Part shown: positions 26,315 through 40,315 of the stretch, piece by piece
How positions within the stretch are numbered: position 1 is the stretch's first letter
How the letters are laid out: every line of letters begins with the position of its first letter
DNA from: the human T2T-CHM13v2.0 reference genome, Homo sapiens
Length of the DNA stretch: 64,000 nt
Strand: one strand, 5' to 3'
Assembly: GCF_009914755.1 (NCBI RefSeq)
Contig: NC_060944.1
The notes under the pieces: generated by a model
Database searches by the model: none
What the model saw: only the letters and a program-made list of their open reading frames with translations
Told to the model about the DNA's origin: nothing
Translations under genes and position numbers: made by a program

Positions 26315-28099
26315 GATAGTATGGGCTCCTTTAATAAATATCAATACCATTACCCCTTCTAAAATGAGTTCTTTCATGGACCTGGGCAATGAGAGAGGAT
26401 TAGAATACAGAGGTCTCTGTAATAATGGGTAAAAAGGCAGATAGGTAGCCAGAACTTTGCAATTTGTTGCTCTGTTCTTTTGGTATGTGTTGCCTGGTGA
26501 CTTGTCAACCTTCTGTGTTCATCAGGGGTTTTTGCCAATCTCTGGAGAACAAAAAGCATAAACAATCACATAGTGAGAATATTGTCTTCTGCATTTGCTT
26601 TAAGAAGAGGTTTCCAACAATACCTTAGAGCTAAAAGCAAGGGTCCTCTGGGCAGAAATTTCAGCGTCACTGCATGAATGACACTACCTGGTCTATTCTC
26701 TTCTCAACCTGAGGAAGATGGGGAAGTCTGTCTGCAATGACTGCCACATCCATTTACCGTAGCAGTAACCACCCTGGAAATGGTATCACTGCTTGAGCCT
26801 CCTTGCCCTGCTTAGAGAACAAGGACAACTTGCCACAAGAGGTCTAGCACATAAGACAAGCTAAAGGCATTTTCCTGGATGAATCCTGGAATCTTTTCTC
26901 TTCTTTGCCACCTCAAAATTTCTTGAGCTTTTAGGTCTTTTCGAGGTACTAGTTAACTCAATGATTTTTGACTGGTGGGAAAGTAGAACAAAAGTTCTTC
27001 TATGGGAAGGGACAGTGTTCAACTTTGCCTCTCACGTGGAAGAAGGGTGGAATAGGAGGTCAGCTTCCTGGGGCAGAAAAAAGGTTGGGAACTAGTGAAC
27101 TAGCTGATTAACAGACAAATGTGTGCTATCATGTTAAAGCACATTGAGGTACTCTACTTTCATGGCTTCCTGCTAGGTCTGCAATAAATATTTATTAAAT
27201 CAAACTGCATACAAGAACCTGACTTGAAGAAGAGCAGACAGGGGCGAGGGAGGCACTGGGGATGGGAGCAACATACAGGGGCTGCTTTCAAATATTTGAA
27301 GGGCATCAGACTGCAAAGAAGTTAGACCTTCCAAACAAACTAAAGTACTCGATGGCTTCCCGTTGTCTAAAGAATACAATCCCAAACTACCTTATCAGAA
27401 CTATAAAATTCTACATATGGGATTCTTGAAATTGGCTGAATATTAGAATCACCCCAAGAGTGATTATGTCCGTGGCTGGAACCCTCACGTGCCAGTCCCT
27501 GGGATGGGACCTGGGCATCTGAATTTTGTTGCATAGGGCAGATTGGGAGCCTCTGCTGCCAGATTATCTCACTCCAGCTTACTTCTCCAGGCTCATTTCC
27601 TACCACTTCCCTCTTTGTCCAAAGGTCTTCCTCCTTTGCCTCCTTTCTGTCCCTGTAACATTCCAGGCACATCCCAACTCCAGGGCTTTGGCTCTTCTGG
27701 GTTGCTGTGCTTGGAATAGTCTTCTTTCTGATTAAAGCTGGCGCGTCAGCTCAAAGAGTCATCTCTAGGTCAGGAGATGCCTGACCCTCTGGATTAGTTT
27801 TCTAGGCCTGCTGTAACAAAGTATCACACACTGGATGGCTTAGGACAACAGACATTTCTTGTCTCCCTGTTCTGGGGTCTAGAAGTCCACAATCAAGGTG
27901 CTGGCAGGGCCATGCTCCCTCTGAAGACTCTAGAGGAGTTCCTGCTTCATGTCTTTCCTTTAGCTTCTAGTGTTGCCGGCAATCCTGGGCCTTCCTTGGC
28001 TTGGAGATACTCACTCCAATCTCTGCTTCTATCACCACATGGCATTTTCTCTGTGTCTCTTCATATTATCTTCCCTCTGTGCATAGTCTCTTCTCTCTC

Positions 28100-28653
<554 letters not shown>

Positions 28654-29079
28654 CGTCTCTTCTTGTAAAGACACTGGTCATGTTTGATTAGGATCTATCC
28701 TAATAACATCATTTTATCTTCATTACATCTACAAAGTCCTTATATACAAATAAGGCCACATTCACAGGTACTGGGGTTTAGGCTTCAACATATATTTTTG
28801 TTGGGGTGGGGCACAATTTAACCCATAACACCCTATGTCTAAAGTAGCCCCACCCCACTCTCTCTGGTCATGATCATTTCACCTTATCCGAAGCAATCTT
28901 GCTTATTTATGAGCTTAGTTGTGTGTTGGCTGTCTTCCTCACTGAACGTAAACTCCATGAGAGCAAGAACTTTGCTTACCTGGAATGTCACTATGTTGAT
29001 AATGCCCAAAATGATGCATAATAAACACTTGTTTGAATGAATGAAATAAACTACAATCAAACAGTGAAAACTATAGGGC

Positions 29080-29310
29080 AACAGATTTTAGTTTACCAGG
29101 AGGACACCTTTTATATAACTAGAGCCCACTCAACATGAAATAAGTTGCTTTTTTTTTGAGGCAATAAGTCCCCTATTGTGGCAGACATTCATACCAAAGC
29201 TGGGCAACGCTTTAGAAGAGATACTAAAGAATGGATTTGCATATCAGTTCACAAATGGATTAATGACCTCCAAGGGTCCTTTACACCCAGAAGTTCTATA
29301 ATTCTATATC
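29080..29310 (+). mobile_element. L3/CR1 3' end
   Basis: atgacctccaagggtccttt...gttctataattctat resembles the CR1 tail. Confidence 0.6.
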
Positions 29311-30404
29311 TGAGAGAAGCCTTTTAAGAAATACTGTGTCTTAAAAGAATGACTCTAATGGTGAAAACATCAGGCAGGCATAAGTTTCCTGTTACAGGTT
29401 TCTGACAGGTGAAATTGTGTGACAGCCCTCAAATCACATTACATTTGTAACCTCCTTTATGTCTCATGAGTCTATTTTTAAGCTTAGCTTGAATTTCTTC
29501 ATATTTTATTTATTTATTATTATGTTTTTGTTGGCCCATTCTATCCAAAGGGGGAAAAAAGGAAAAATAAATAAATTTCAGTTTGGGATCCCTTTAATGT
29601 CTTAACTAAGCCTGTTACAATGAGATATTGTATTAAGTTGGTCCTGTCTTAAGAAAGAAACAACTTCTCTGTTGAAAGTGCTTGCTGCCAGGGGACTCAT
29701 TGTTACCACAGCAGTCAACTTTGATTTGTGTATCAATAATGTCGTGTCAGTAGCCAGAGGGTATGGCAACAGGGCGTTCCAGATGCTTTTATTGGTGCTT
29801 TTGCTGGAGGATTATTTCAAATTAACTTTAGTCTCTTGGAAGACACTGAACAGTAGTATGCTATTTCCCATTTGTAAACAAAATGGTGAATAATTATGGG
29901 AGAAACCAAGACAGGATGATTTCTAGGAAATGTCACGTCTGCAGATCTTAATTTCCTCCAAGCACTGTTGCCCTGTTCTTCCTTTCCTGTTGCTAATATC
30001 CTTCCAGGAACAATACTGAATAGAACCTGCTTACAGGGCAATTGGTGGCTTCACAGCCACTCAACAAAATAACTGGAGACTCTTCTGCTGTCACTGTAAC
30101 CACAAGAAGAGATTGGAAGCCTGGAGAAACTGCTGAAGGCTAAATAGAAAGGGACTTTTAAATGATGTTATAAAATTTTTAAAAATGTTTTATATGTGAT
30201 GGTAAAAGTCATAGTTATTGTATAAGTTCCAGAAAATACTACAAAGCAAAAGGATAAAAATGAAAATTACCTGTTATTCTATCACCCAAGATAAACCACT
30301 GCTTATCATTTTGGTATATCTACTTTGAATTCTCTCTCTCTCTCTCTCTTTGTGTGTGTATTTTGCAGAAATGAGATATTATATTATTACTTAATGATAT
30401 AGAA

Positions 30405-30625
30405 CAGAGATTGGCAAGCCTTTTCTGTAAAGTACTAGATAGAGCAGATTTTCAGCTTTGCTGGCCATAAGGTCTCTGTTGTAACCACTCAACTCTGCAG
30501 CTGTAGGACAAAACCAGCCAAAGACAATAAGAAATGAATGGGTGTAGCTGTGTTCCAACAAAACCATTTACAAAACTAAGTGATGGGCAGGGTTTGTCCC
30601 ATAGCCATAGTTTGCTGTCTCCTGA
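30405..30625 (+). mobile_element. MER58A
   Basis: ttggcaagccttttctgtaaag...actcaactctgc...gctgtgttccaacaaaac...gccatagtttgctg. Confidence 0.8.
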
Positions 30626-31189
30626 GATAGGATGTTATATTTTGCATGTCATTAATATTTTCCAACACCATTTTTAAAGATACCATGCATGGTATGACAT
30701 TGCATTGATGTACCATAATTTCTTAACTACTTCATTGTTGTTGAACTTTAAAGCTATTTCAGTTTTCATTATTATAAAAGACACAATAATGAATATCCTT
30801 GTGGCTATATTTTACAACATATTGATGATTTTTTAGTACAAGTTAGTTAAAATATCTTTGACAATTCTAAGGTATGTACAAAGCCCTCATCAATTTCAAT
30901 TTTTATTAGTGGTATGTAGTTGTAGCATCCTCCTCATATTTGGGCAATTCTTTCTTGGTGGTTTCCCAGTGCTGATGATGTATGACACTTTGAGTGTTTT
31001 TAGGGACCCTTATGTTAGTCTGAGTAATGATTGTCATAGCAGGACAGCTATAACTGGCACAGTGTTTCATATTTCTTTTGGGGTCATGAGTACTTTGAGA
31101 ATCTGAGGAAAACAAAGACTATTCTCTGAAAGAAAATGCACATACCAAAGAATTCTAAGTATAATTTTAGGGAGTTCAAAGAGCTCTAA

Positions 31190-34100
31190 GACAGTTTTCT
31201 TAAGTAAATACTTAAAAGTGGAATTGCTAGATCACATACTAAGTATATATTTAACTTTATAAGAAATTGTCAAAAAGTTCTTCAAAGTTGTACCATTTTA
31301 AGCTCCCAGCATTAAAGTTTGAAGTTCAAGTTATTCTACATTCCCATCAGCCCTTGATGCTGTAAGTCACTTTAATTGTAGCCATTCTAGTGGTGACGCA
31401 GTAGTATATAATTCTGTTTTTTATTTGCATGTAAGTATATGATCCATTGCAAGCTAATTTTGTCTATGGTGTGAGGTAGGGGTCAAAATTTATCATATAT
31501 TCCATGTGACTATCAAGTTGTTTCAGCACAAATTTTTAAAAAGACTATTGTTTCCCCCACTGAATTATCTTGGCACTTTTGTCAAAAATGAATTGACCAT
31601 ATATGAGTGGGCCTACTTCTGGACTTTCTTATTTATTCCATTGATCTGTATTTCTACTTTATGTTAATGTCACACTGTTTTAATTACAATAGACTCACAG
31701 TAAGTATTGAAAGCAGATAGCATAAGACACCCAAGTTTGTTTTTTTATTTTCAAGATTGTTTGGGCTATCTAAATCCTTTGCATTTCCATCTAAATTATA
31801 AATCAGCTTGTTAATTTCCACAAAAGACTGATGGGATGTATAATGGGTTTGCATTGAATCTATAGACAATTTTAGGGAGAACTGATACCTTAACATCAAG
31901 TCTTCTAATCTACAGTCATGCATATCTTTCAATTTATTTACATCTCTTTTACTCTCTCTCTTCAGCATTTTGGTTTGCAATGTACAGTTCCTGAACATAT
32001 TATATTAAATTTATTCTTACATTTATCATGGGTTTTGGTGCTATTGTAAATCATACTTTTAAATATAATTTACCAATTGTTTGTTGATAGTATATTAAAA
32101 TGCAATTGATTTTTTATATTAACTTTGTTGCCTTGACTTTAATAAATTTATTAGTTTTTGAAGCTTTTTACAGAGTTCTCAGAATTTTTTATGTTCATGA
32201 TAATACCATCTACAAATAAAGACAGTTGAAAATGTTTTCTTTCTAGTCTGTATGGCTTTTATTACCTTTCCTTGACTTATTGCAGTGTCTAGAACCCCAG
32301 GGCAATGTGAATATAAATGGTGAGATAAAACATCATTGATCTATGCTTGATCTTAAAAGAAGACTATTCAGTTCTTCACCATTAAGCATGAATAGTGGAA
32401 ATTTTAGATGTTTCTTAGGTCCCTCTTTTCAGGTTGAGAAAATTTCTTCTATTTCAATTTTGCTGAGAGTTTTTATCATAAATGATTATTGATTTTAGCC
32501 AAATGCTTTTTCTGCCTCTGTTTGGCTGATGGTATTTTTTTCCTTTATTCTTTTATATGGTAAATTACATTGATTAATTTTCAAATGAAAAACCCAACAT
32601 TGTATTTCTAAAATTAAACCCTACTTGGTCATGATATTTTTATATATGATGATGGATTCCATTTTAAAATAATTTATCATTTTTATGTATAATGATGAAT
32701 TCCATTTTAAAATATTATTAAGAATTTTTATATTTATATTAATGAGATATTAATCTGTGGGGTTATTCTTTTGTCTTATATCTTAGTCTGCTCTTGGCAT
32801 CATAGTATTGATATTCTCAAAAAATGGATTGGTATGTGTTCCCTCCTCTATTTTCTAATTGTGTCTACTAGTAGTATTTATCTCCTAAATATTGTATAGA
32901 ATTTATGAGTGAAATAATCTGGGCCTTAAGTTCTCTTTATAAAGTCTTAAATTACAAATTCAAGTTCTTCAATAACCAGGGTTATTCAGATTTTTCTATT
33001 TCTTTTTGTGTCTCTTAGATAATTTGTGGCTTTCAAGGAATTCGTCCACTCACTCTAAATTGTCAAATTGATTGTCACAATGTCGTTCGTCATAGTCACT
33101 TATTATCAACTTAATGTCTGAAGGATCTGTAGGAATTCCTTTCTTTAAAATCCTAATACTGGTAATTCAGTTCTGCTCTCTGTTTTTCCTGATAAATCTA
33201 GCAACAGGTTTCAATTTTTTTAATCTTTTCACAGAAACAGAGAAGTATTGAAGTCTCCAACACTAGTTGTGGATTTGTTTTTCCTTTTGCTTCTGGCAAT
33301 TTTGTTTAATGTATTTTGCAACTCTGCTTATTGGGTGCATACATATTTAGAATTGTCTTGCCTTCTTAATGAACGGAACATTTTATCATTAAAAATGGCC
33401 CTTCTTTATCCTTAAAGTCTACTTCAAATGATATTAATGAACTCACTCCAATTTTCTTATTACCATTTGCATGGCAGATCCTTATTTATCCTTTCTTTTA
33501 ACTTATCTGAATCTGCAGATTTTAAGAGCGAATCTTGTAGATAGATACAGAGAGTTTTACTTTTTATCTCTAAAATTGTATCAGGGTGTTTAGACCATTT
33601 ACATTTAATAAAATTATTGATCTGAGTTTAAGTCTACCGTCTTGCTCTTTATATTTCTATTGGCCCCACCTTTCTTCCCTTCCTTTTTTCTCTTTTCCTA
33701 CCTCCTTTGGATTAATTGGATTTTTAAACTATTTTATATATCCTCTATTGGCTTATTACCTATACTTGTTTTCCTTTTAGTGGTATTTCTAGGTTTATAA
33801 TATGTACCTTTAAATTATCACAAACTTCAAATAATAATATACTACTTAACATGAAATAAGAATCTTAAAATAGTATATTCTTCCATTTCTTCCACTCTGT
33901 CTACTGTACTAATGTTGTTACACACTTAACTTTCACATTTGTAACAAACTCAAAATACATGCTATTATTTGCTTTAAAGTCAGTTATTTTGTAATTGAAA
34001 CTATATAAAAGAAATGTTTTAAATGAGAAGAATGCCTTTTGTATTTACCTACCTGTCTTTCAATTTTGGCACTGGAGATTCAATTGCATCTGGTATTATT

Positions 34101-35950
34101 TCCTATCAGCCTGAAAAAGTTTTTCTAGGAAAAAAATAAACAAAAATTTCTTGGGGTGAGGGTCTGCTGGGGACAAATTCTCTCAGGTTGAATTGGAATG
34201 AAGTGTCTTTTTTCTCTTTATTTTTGAAGAATATTTTCACTGGTTATAGAATTCTAGGTTAACCTTTTCTTTTTTTCTTTCACCAGTAAATGGGGTTGCT
34301 TCATTGTTTTGTGGCTTGTATTTATGATGAGAAATCAGAAGTGTGCTTATCTTTGTAGTGTTTATTTTGTGTGTCTTTTTTTTCCCCTCTATATACTGTT
34401 AAGATTTCCTTTTCATTACTGGTTTTTAGCAATTTGATTATGATATAACTTTGTGTAGCTTTACTCATGTTTACTTTGCTCTGGGTTTATTGGGATATTT
34501 AAATGTCAGGATTCATAATTTCCAGTAATTTTGGAAAGTTTTTGGCAATTATTTTTCTCAAATATATTTTCTTTTCTCTTCTTTCATTTCCTGGGACCCC
34601 CATAATACGTAAATTAGACCACCTGCTATTGTCCCACATGACACTGAGAATCTCATCTTTTGTTGTGGGGGTTCTCTGTGATTTAATTTAGACATTTTCT
34701 ATAGATATGTCTCCAAATTCAACATACTTTTCTTCTTCAGCATCTAATCTTTTGTTTATGTGTAATATATATGTAGTATATATTTAATTTTAAGTATTGA
34801 AAAATTACATATATTTAATTTCAAGTATTATATTTCTAGCCGCCAAAATTCCATTTGGTTTTCCACTTTTAATATATTTAATTTCTTTTCTCATACATGT
34901 TTTTTAAATGCTTGAGTATAATTATAATAGCTTTTTTAGAGTCCTTGTCTACTAATTACATCACCTTGGTTATTTCTGAGACTCCATATTATTCTGGCCT
35001 TTTTTGTTTCCCAAGTGACTTTTACTTGATGCTGAACATTATTTTACATTGTTGAGTGACTATATTTTGTGGTCTTCCTTAAAGAGTGTTTGGAAGTTGG
35101 TTAAATTGCTTGCATATCAGTTTGATTCTTTGGAGGCTTGTTTTTAAGTTTATTCGGATTGGTCTAAATCTGTACTTCTCAACTGATGGTAATTTTTCAC
35201 TTCTGTCCCCATAGGACATTTGGCAATATATGGAGGCCCTTTTGGTTGTCACCGCTACATGGAGGGTACTACTGCATCAAGTTGGTAGAAGTCAGGAATG
35301 CTAGTAAACAATGCACACAACGGCTACACACACACAAGAATTACCCAGCCCAAAATGGATTGGTTAGCCTTGATTACTTTCTACCTTCAGGCTAGTTTAG
35401 CCCTACTGCTATTGTAACACACTTTGGGGGGTCGTTGTGCAGACCCTGTGTATTCAACTCGATCTCACCTCTCTGTTGTGTTGGAACTCAAATATCTCCT
35501 AACACTGAACTCTGGCTTATTTATTTTCTATTTGGTAATCATTCTTTGTTCACCCTTGTGTAGTTTCAGTCAGTGCACAACTAACTTAATATTAGTTCAA
35601 GTTTCAAGAAGATGCTCTGCAGATTTCTGGAGCTCTTTTCTTTTAGGATTCTGCCCCACAAATTCCATCCATTCTTCCTCCCCAAAATATTGAGGCTTTT
35701 TTCCTCAATTCAGCAAGACCATTATAATCTGCTTGGGTTGACCCTCCTAAACTGTAGTCCGGAACATGGCGAGCAGAAGTCCAGAGTGATCACGTGGCTC
35801 ATCTCGATTGTTTTTTTCCTCTCAAAGATCACAGTCCTGTGCTACACATCACTTAATGTCTGAAAATAAATTGCTTCCTATATTTTGTTCAGTTTTCTAG
35901 TTGTTCATGAAAGGAGACCAATCTGATATTAGGTCCTTCATCATGGCTAG
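31190..35950 (-). mobile_element. Ancient L1 (L1M/L1ME-type) with internal deletions, spanning ORF2 through the ORF1/5' region
   Basis: Long T-rich antisense L1 (gcattgaatctatagacaatttt.gggagaactga; gaagtctccaacac...). Jumps at ~31435 and ~33240. ORF 31684-31998 is frameshifted ORF2 residue. Confidence 0.85.
35170..35357 (+). mobile_element. MER20 within the old L1
   Basis: ggacatttggcaat...ttttggttgtcac...aagaattacccagcccaaaatg. Confidence 0.8.
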
Positions 35951-36191
35951 GAGTGGAAATTTGAGGTGCATGTTTTGAGAAAACTGAAGAAATTGGCCAG
36001 TTTTCTCATTTTTGTATAGTCAGATTGGAGTTGGCCTGAAATAACTTTTTAAAAATTAATGTTTTTACATTACTAAATACTCTCAGTGTAGCATCTGACA
36101 ATAGTCAGAGCAATAAGGGCTGAAATTGAAAAAGTACTGCTGACACTATTATTACAGAGAAGCAAATACTTTTTATTCCTTTGATCCTTAG

Positions 36192-36401
<210 letters not shown>

Positions 36402-36569
36402 TAGTAGGGAGGGGCAGACTACATTGATTCATTCCTTCTCAAATTTACTCAACAAATTCATTCAACAAATATTGATTGACTACCTACTCTGTCTGGGCAC
36501 TATTCTGTAAAATAGACACTAAAAAAAAAAAACAAAAGACACTGTTACAAACAAGCAAGAGGAGAAGAT

Positions 36570-37866
36570 GAGAATGATCCATTCAGTAATTAATTAGAGT
36601 TGTAGACATCAATATAAATTCATGTTTAGCTTGATATAGTTGGTTACACTATAGAAATGGTTACAAATAGATGGTTACACATAGAAATATTTATAGATAT
36701 GTGTATATAAACACATTAATACACACACATACATTTCCTTGCTCTGTCAACTATAGAATCTAAATGAAATAACATTCAGTAGCAATGAGCACACCTAGCA
36801 CCTAGATCTTGGTTTCTAAATGCTATTTTCTAGTACAAGGAGCCAGGACTCTGTGGAGAAATGTTTGATTCTAGGACTGGGACCGGAATATACAAGATGA
36901 TCCTGGAGCATCTTGCATTATCAAAAAGTAAGAAAATGCTTTAAAAAGAAGCCCACAATAATAACAGTATGCTGAAGGATACAGAAGCAAACCAAAAGAG
37001 CTCCCAGGAGGCCAGGCTGAAACAATGTGAGCAACTAAGTTAGGTGGTATTAGATTATAGACAAAGTCTAAAATCAATATCTATGATACATACTGATATA
37101 AATAAATGACTGAACAAATAAATAAATGGGGCACAAAAGACAATCTTCTGTGCAGAAGAATTCCAAATAGTTATATAGATATTTTGCTTTCACTTAGGTG
37201 GAGCATAACTGCCCCTCCATAAGCATGAGTTGTGCATAGTGACTTCCCTCCAAAAACCACAGTATAAAGGAAGGGTAGGGGGTTAGAATGGTAACTTAAC
37301 AGTGAAGAAACCTGACAAAACACAACTTCAGCCAGGTGCTCAAGGTCAGTATCACAGTGATAAATCATGCTGATGGCATGTGCCTTTGATATGATGTGAT
37401 GAAAATGACACTTTACCTCTGTGGTCTTTTTCCCCAAACCCATAACTTCAGTCTAATCACAAAAAACATCAGTCAAACCCAATTCAGGGATATTTTATGA
37501 AATACCTGACCATTACCGCTGACAACTCTCAAGGCAACCAAAAACAAGAAAAATCTGAGAAACAGTCACAGCCAGGAGGAGCCTATGGAGACATGATAAC
37601 TCAGTGTAATGTGGGAGCCAGGATGGGAGCCTGGAACAGAAAAAAAATCAGGTAAAAACTAAGAACATTTGAATAAACTATAAACTTGAATGCACGGTGA
37701 TGCATCAATGTTGATTCATCAAAGGTAACAAATACAACATTCTACCGTCATGTACGATGTTAACAAATGGGGAAACTGGGTGAGGGGTACATGGGAATTC
37801 TCTGTACTATCTCTGCAACTATTTAATAAAGCTAAAATTACCCTAAAATAAAAGTTAAAAAAAAAC
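36570..37866 (+). mobile_element. Old L1 3'UTR (L1MC/L1MD-type)
   Basis: agcaatgagcacacctagc...tacaagatgatcctggagcatctt...ggggaaactgggtgaggggtacatgggaattctctgtactatct...aataaaagttaaaaaa. Confidence 0.85.
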
Positions 37867-37869
37867 AGT

Positions 37870-39150
37870 TACTGTCTATGATCTTATAAACTTGTATTTT
37901 AGTGGGAGAAATTGACAATAACCAAAAGATAGTGACAAATACTCTGAGGGCGGGGAGGAAAGGGAAGGGACTGGAGTGTCCCGGGGGTGATGGGCATGCT
38001 GCTTTATATAGGGAGCTGGGGAAGACCTCACCAAGATGCTGAAGAAGTAATATGAAAAAAGGCAGAGGGAAACTATGCCCATATCTGTTCTCCCTAGACA
38101 TGGGGAGAAGGAGATGCAAAGTCCCTGGGATGGAGCATCCTCATCTGAGAAATAGCAAGGAGGCCCCTGTGGCTGGAGAAGAAAGGTGAATAAACAGACA
38201 GTGAAAAGCAGAAATACAGAAAGGGGAAGGAAGGAGAGCAGACGACGCAGACCTTCTGGCATCTTAGCATATTTAGGCTCTCACTCTGAAGGATATTGGA
38301 AGCCATTAGACGGTTTTGAAAGCCAGCTGGGCACGGTGGCTCCTGCCTGTAATACCAGCAATTTTGGGATGCCGAGGAGGGTGGATCACCTCAGGTCAGG
38401 AGTTCGAGACCAGCCTGGCCAACATGGTGAAACCCCATCTGTACTAAAAATACAAAAATCAGCTTGGCATGGTGGTGGGTGCCTGTAATCTCAGCTACTC
38501 AGGAGGCTGAGGCAGGAGAATAGCTTGAACCCAGGAGGTGGAAGTTGTAGTGTGCCGAGATCACGCCATTGTACTCCAGCCTGGGCAACAAGAGTGAAAC
38601 TCTGTCTCAAAAAAATAAAAAATAAAAAGAAAGCCAAGGCATGACATGATCTGACTAATATTTTTACAACAACATTCCAGATTCCAGGGGGCAGTGAAAC
38701 TGGTTAGCCGACTATTTATTGATGCAATCCAGCTGAGAGATAACTGTGACTCTGACCGAATCATAGTTGTGATGCAGTGAGAACTGGCCAGGTTCTGTAG
38801 CCAATGGGATTTAAGGATAACTTGGAAGTGGAGAGTCACAGAAGGGCAGGTGCCAAAGATGCCTGCAAAGCTGCAGGTCTGAGCAGCAGCAGCATGGGGG
38901 TACCATTTACTGAGATGAAAAAAGACTCATCCCTAGAGGTGAAGAGCACATATTTTGGAGAAAGAGTTTGGTTTTAGACAAGTTTAGTCTAAATGCCTAA
39001 ATGTTAGATGCCTTAATCTGGGTGAAGATGTCAAGGGAGTTCAATTTGACTCAAGGGATGACAGTTTCAGCATCAGCAGAATGTAGATGATATTTTAAGT
39101 CTCGAGCCTGGATGAGGTCACACAAGGAGGATGTATGAAGAGAGAAGAGA
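37870..39150 (-). mobile_element. L2 interrupted by AluSq
   Basis: ggaagccattaga.ggttttgaa...catgatctgact...ccatttactgagatg...ctggatgaggtcac. Confidence 0.7.
38326..38628 (+). mobile_element. AluSq-like
   Basis: ggcaacaagagtgaaactctgtctc 3' end. TSD gaaagcca at 38318-38325 and 38629-38636. Confidence 0.92.
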
Positions 39151-39475
39151 CCATAAGTGTGCCTATATGCCAGGCACGATTCTAGGTTTTGGAGATTCAG
39201 CACAAGCAAAGCAAGTACCTCATACCATAGAGTGGATCATGTGGCTTTGTGATACTGTCATAGCATGATGGACTCATGGGTTGAGGCCTATCTCCAACTG
39301 ATTTAATCACATTCTCTCATAGAAAATTCATATTGAAGCCTGAGCAGTATATAACTCCAGGAAGGGGGCAGCCATGTGCTTAAGAAAAGAGAAAATGCTA
39401 TTCTCTGGAGGAAGAAAAATGAATAAAAGATACATCTAAGAAAACAAGAGAATAATGTCACTTGACACAAGACAG

Positions 39476-39746
39476 CACCTGACCAAACATACCAAGTTCA
39501 TGCAGGACATGATCTGAGAGGTGAATGGCTTTGCTCCATGTGCGTGGCACGCCATGGAGTTAGCCCAGGTCTCCAAGGACAAATGGGCCCTCAAGTTCAT
39601 CAAGAAAAGGGTGAGGATGCACATCTCCACAAAGAGGAAGTGGGAGGAGCTGAGCATGACTGCCAGGAGGAAAGCAGCTGCCAAGGAGGACTGAGCCCCC
39701 TGCCCTGCCGTCTGCCCAAAATAAAAGCTTCACAGAAAAAGAAAAA
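39476..39746 (+). pseudogene. RPL36: Processed, 5'-truncated pseudogene of 60S ribosomal protein L36 (eL36)
   Basis: Translates [71 protein letters not shown], against RPL36 [74 protein letters not shown]. It is intronless, with a premature TGA at 39515-39517, the native stop at 39692-39694, AATAAA at 39720-39725 and an A-rich tail. The symbol is that of the parent gene. Confidence 0.95.
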
Positions 39747-40315
39747 TGCATTTCTGATCCCTTCTGAGGTTTGATTACACGTGTCATGTATAGGTTCCAA
39801 GAAATTCCCCTATATCTTTATAATAAATTGTCCACATTGGTGAACTAACTTAAAGGAGTTCTTGAAGTTCCAACATTTACAAGCGATGAAAACATCCACA
39901 GACACCAGAAATTGAGATAGGTAAAAAGATAGAGGTCTCCAGTTGAAATCTCCGCAGAGAGAGCATCTTCTAAGTAATCCTTTTCATTTTACTCACTCTA
40001 GAATTCACGTTACCAACGGACAACTTAAAAATATGTTTCTGTTTAAGGGAGCAACACAAACCTAACCAATTAAGAGAATTAAATACCCAACTGTCTTGAA
40101 AGGCAGCATTCTTGGGGACAATGGTACATAAGAAAAGGGAACCCTGTCCAGCATCACAGAGACCTCTGGAATAGCAACTTGGGAAATCCTCCAGGCCAAA
40201 TCTTGCACACGGGCAGCCAGGAGGACAAACATGGCCACAGAGGTCTTGTCTTTCATTTGGCCTACATCAAGTTAAATAAATGGGGACCAATGTTTAAAAA
40301 CCTAAAAAATGAGAG

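Noticed and set aside
31684-31998. 104-aa minus-strand ORF
   Set aside because: It is frameshifted residue of L1 ORF2 within an ancient L1, not a gene.
32649-32714. 43-bp-period duplication (atgatgrattccattttaaaata); also the tggttaca triplet at ~36640-36690
   Set aside because: These are small slippage events inside decayed L1 sequence, with no sign of function.
39368-39380. gcagccatg resembling the RPL36 start context
   Set aside because: The sequence after it does not encode the RPL36 N-terminus, so it is probably coincidence.
39436-39800. Four overlapping ORFs around 39.5 kb
   Set aside because: They are off-frame or antisense readings of the RPL36 retrocopy. The true frame has a premature stop.
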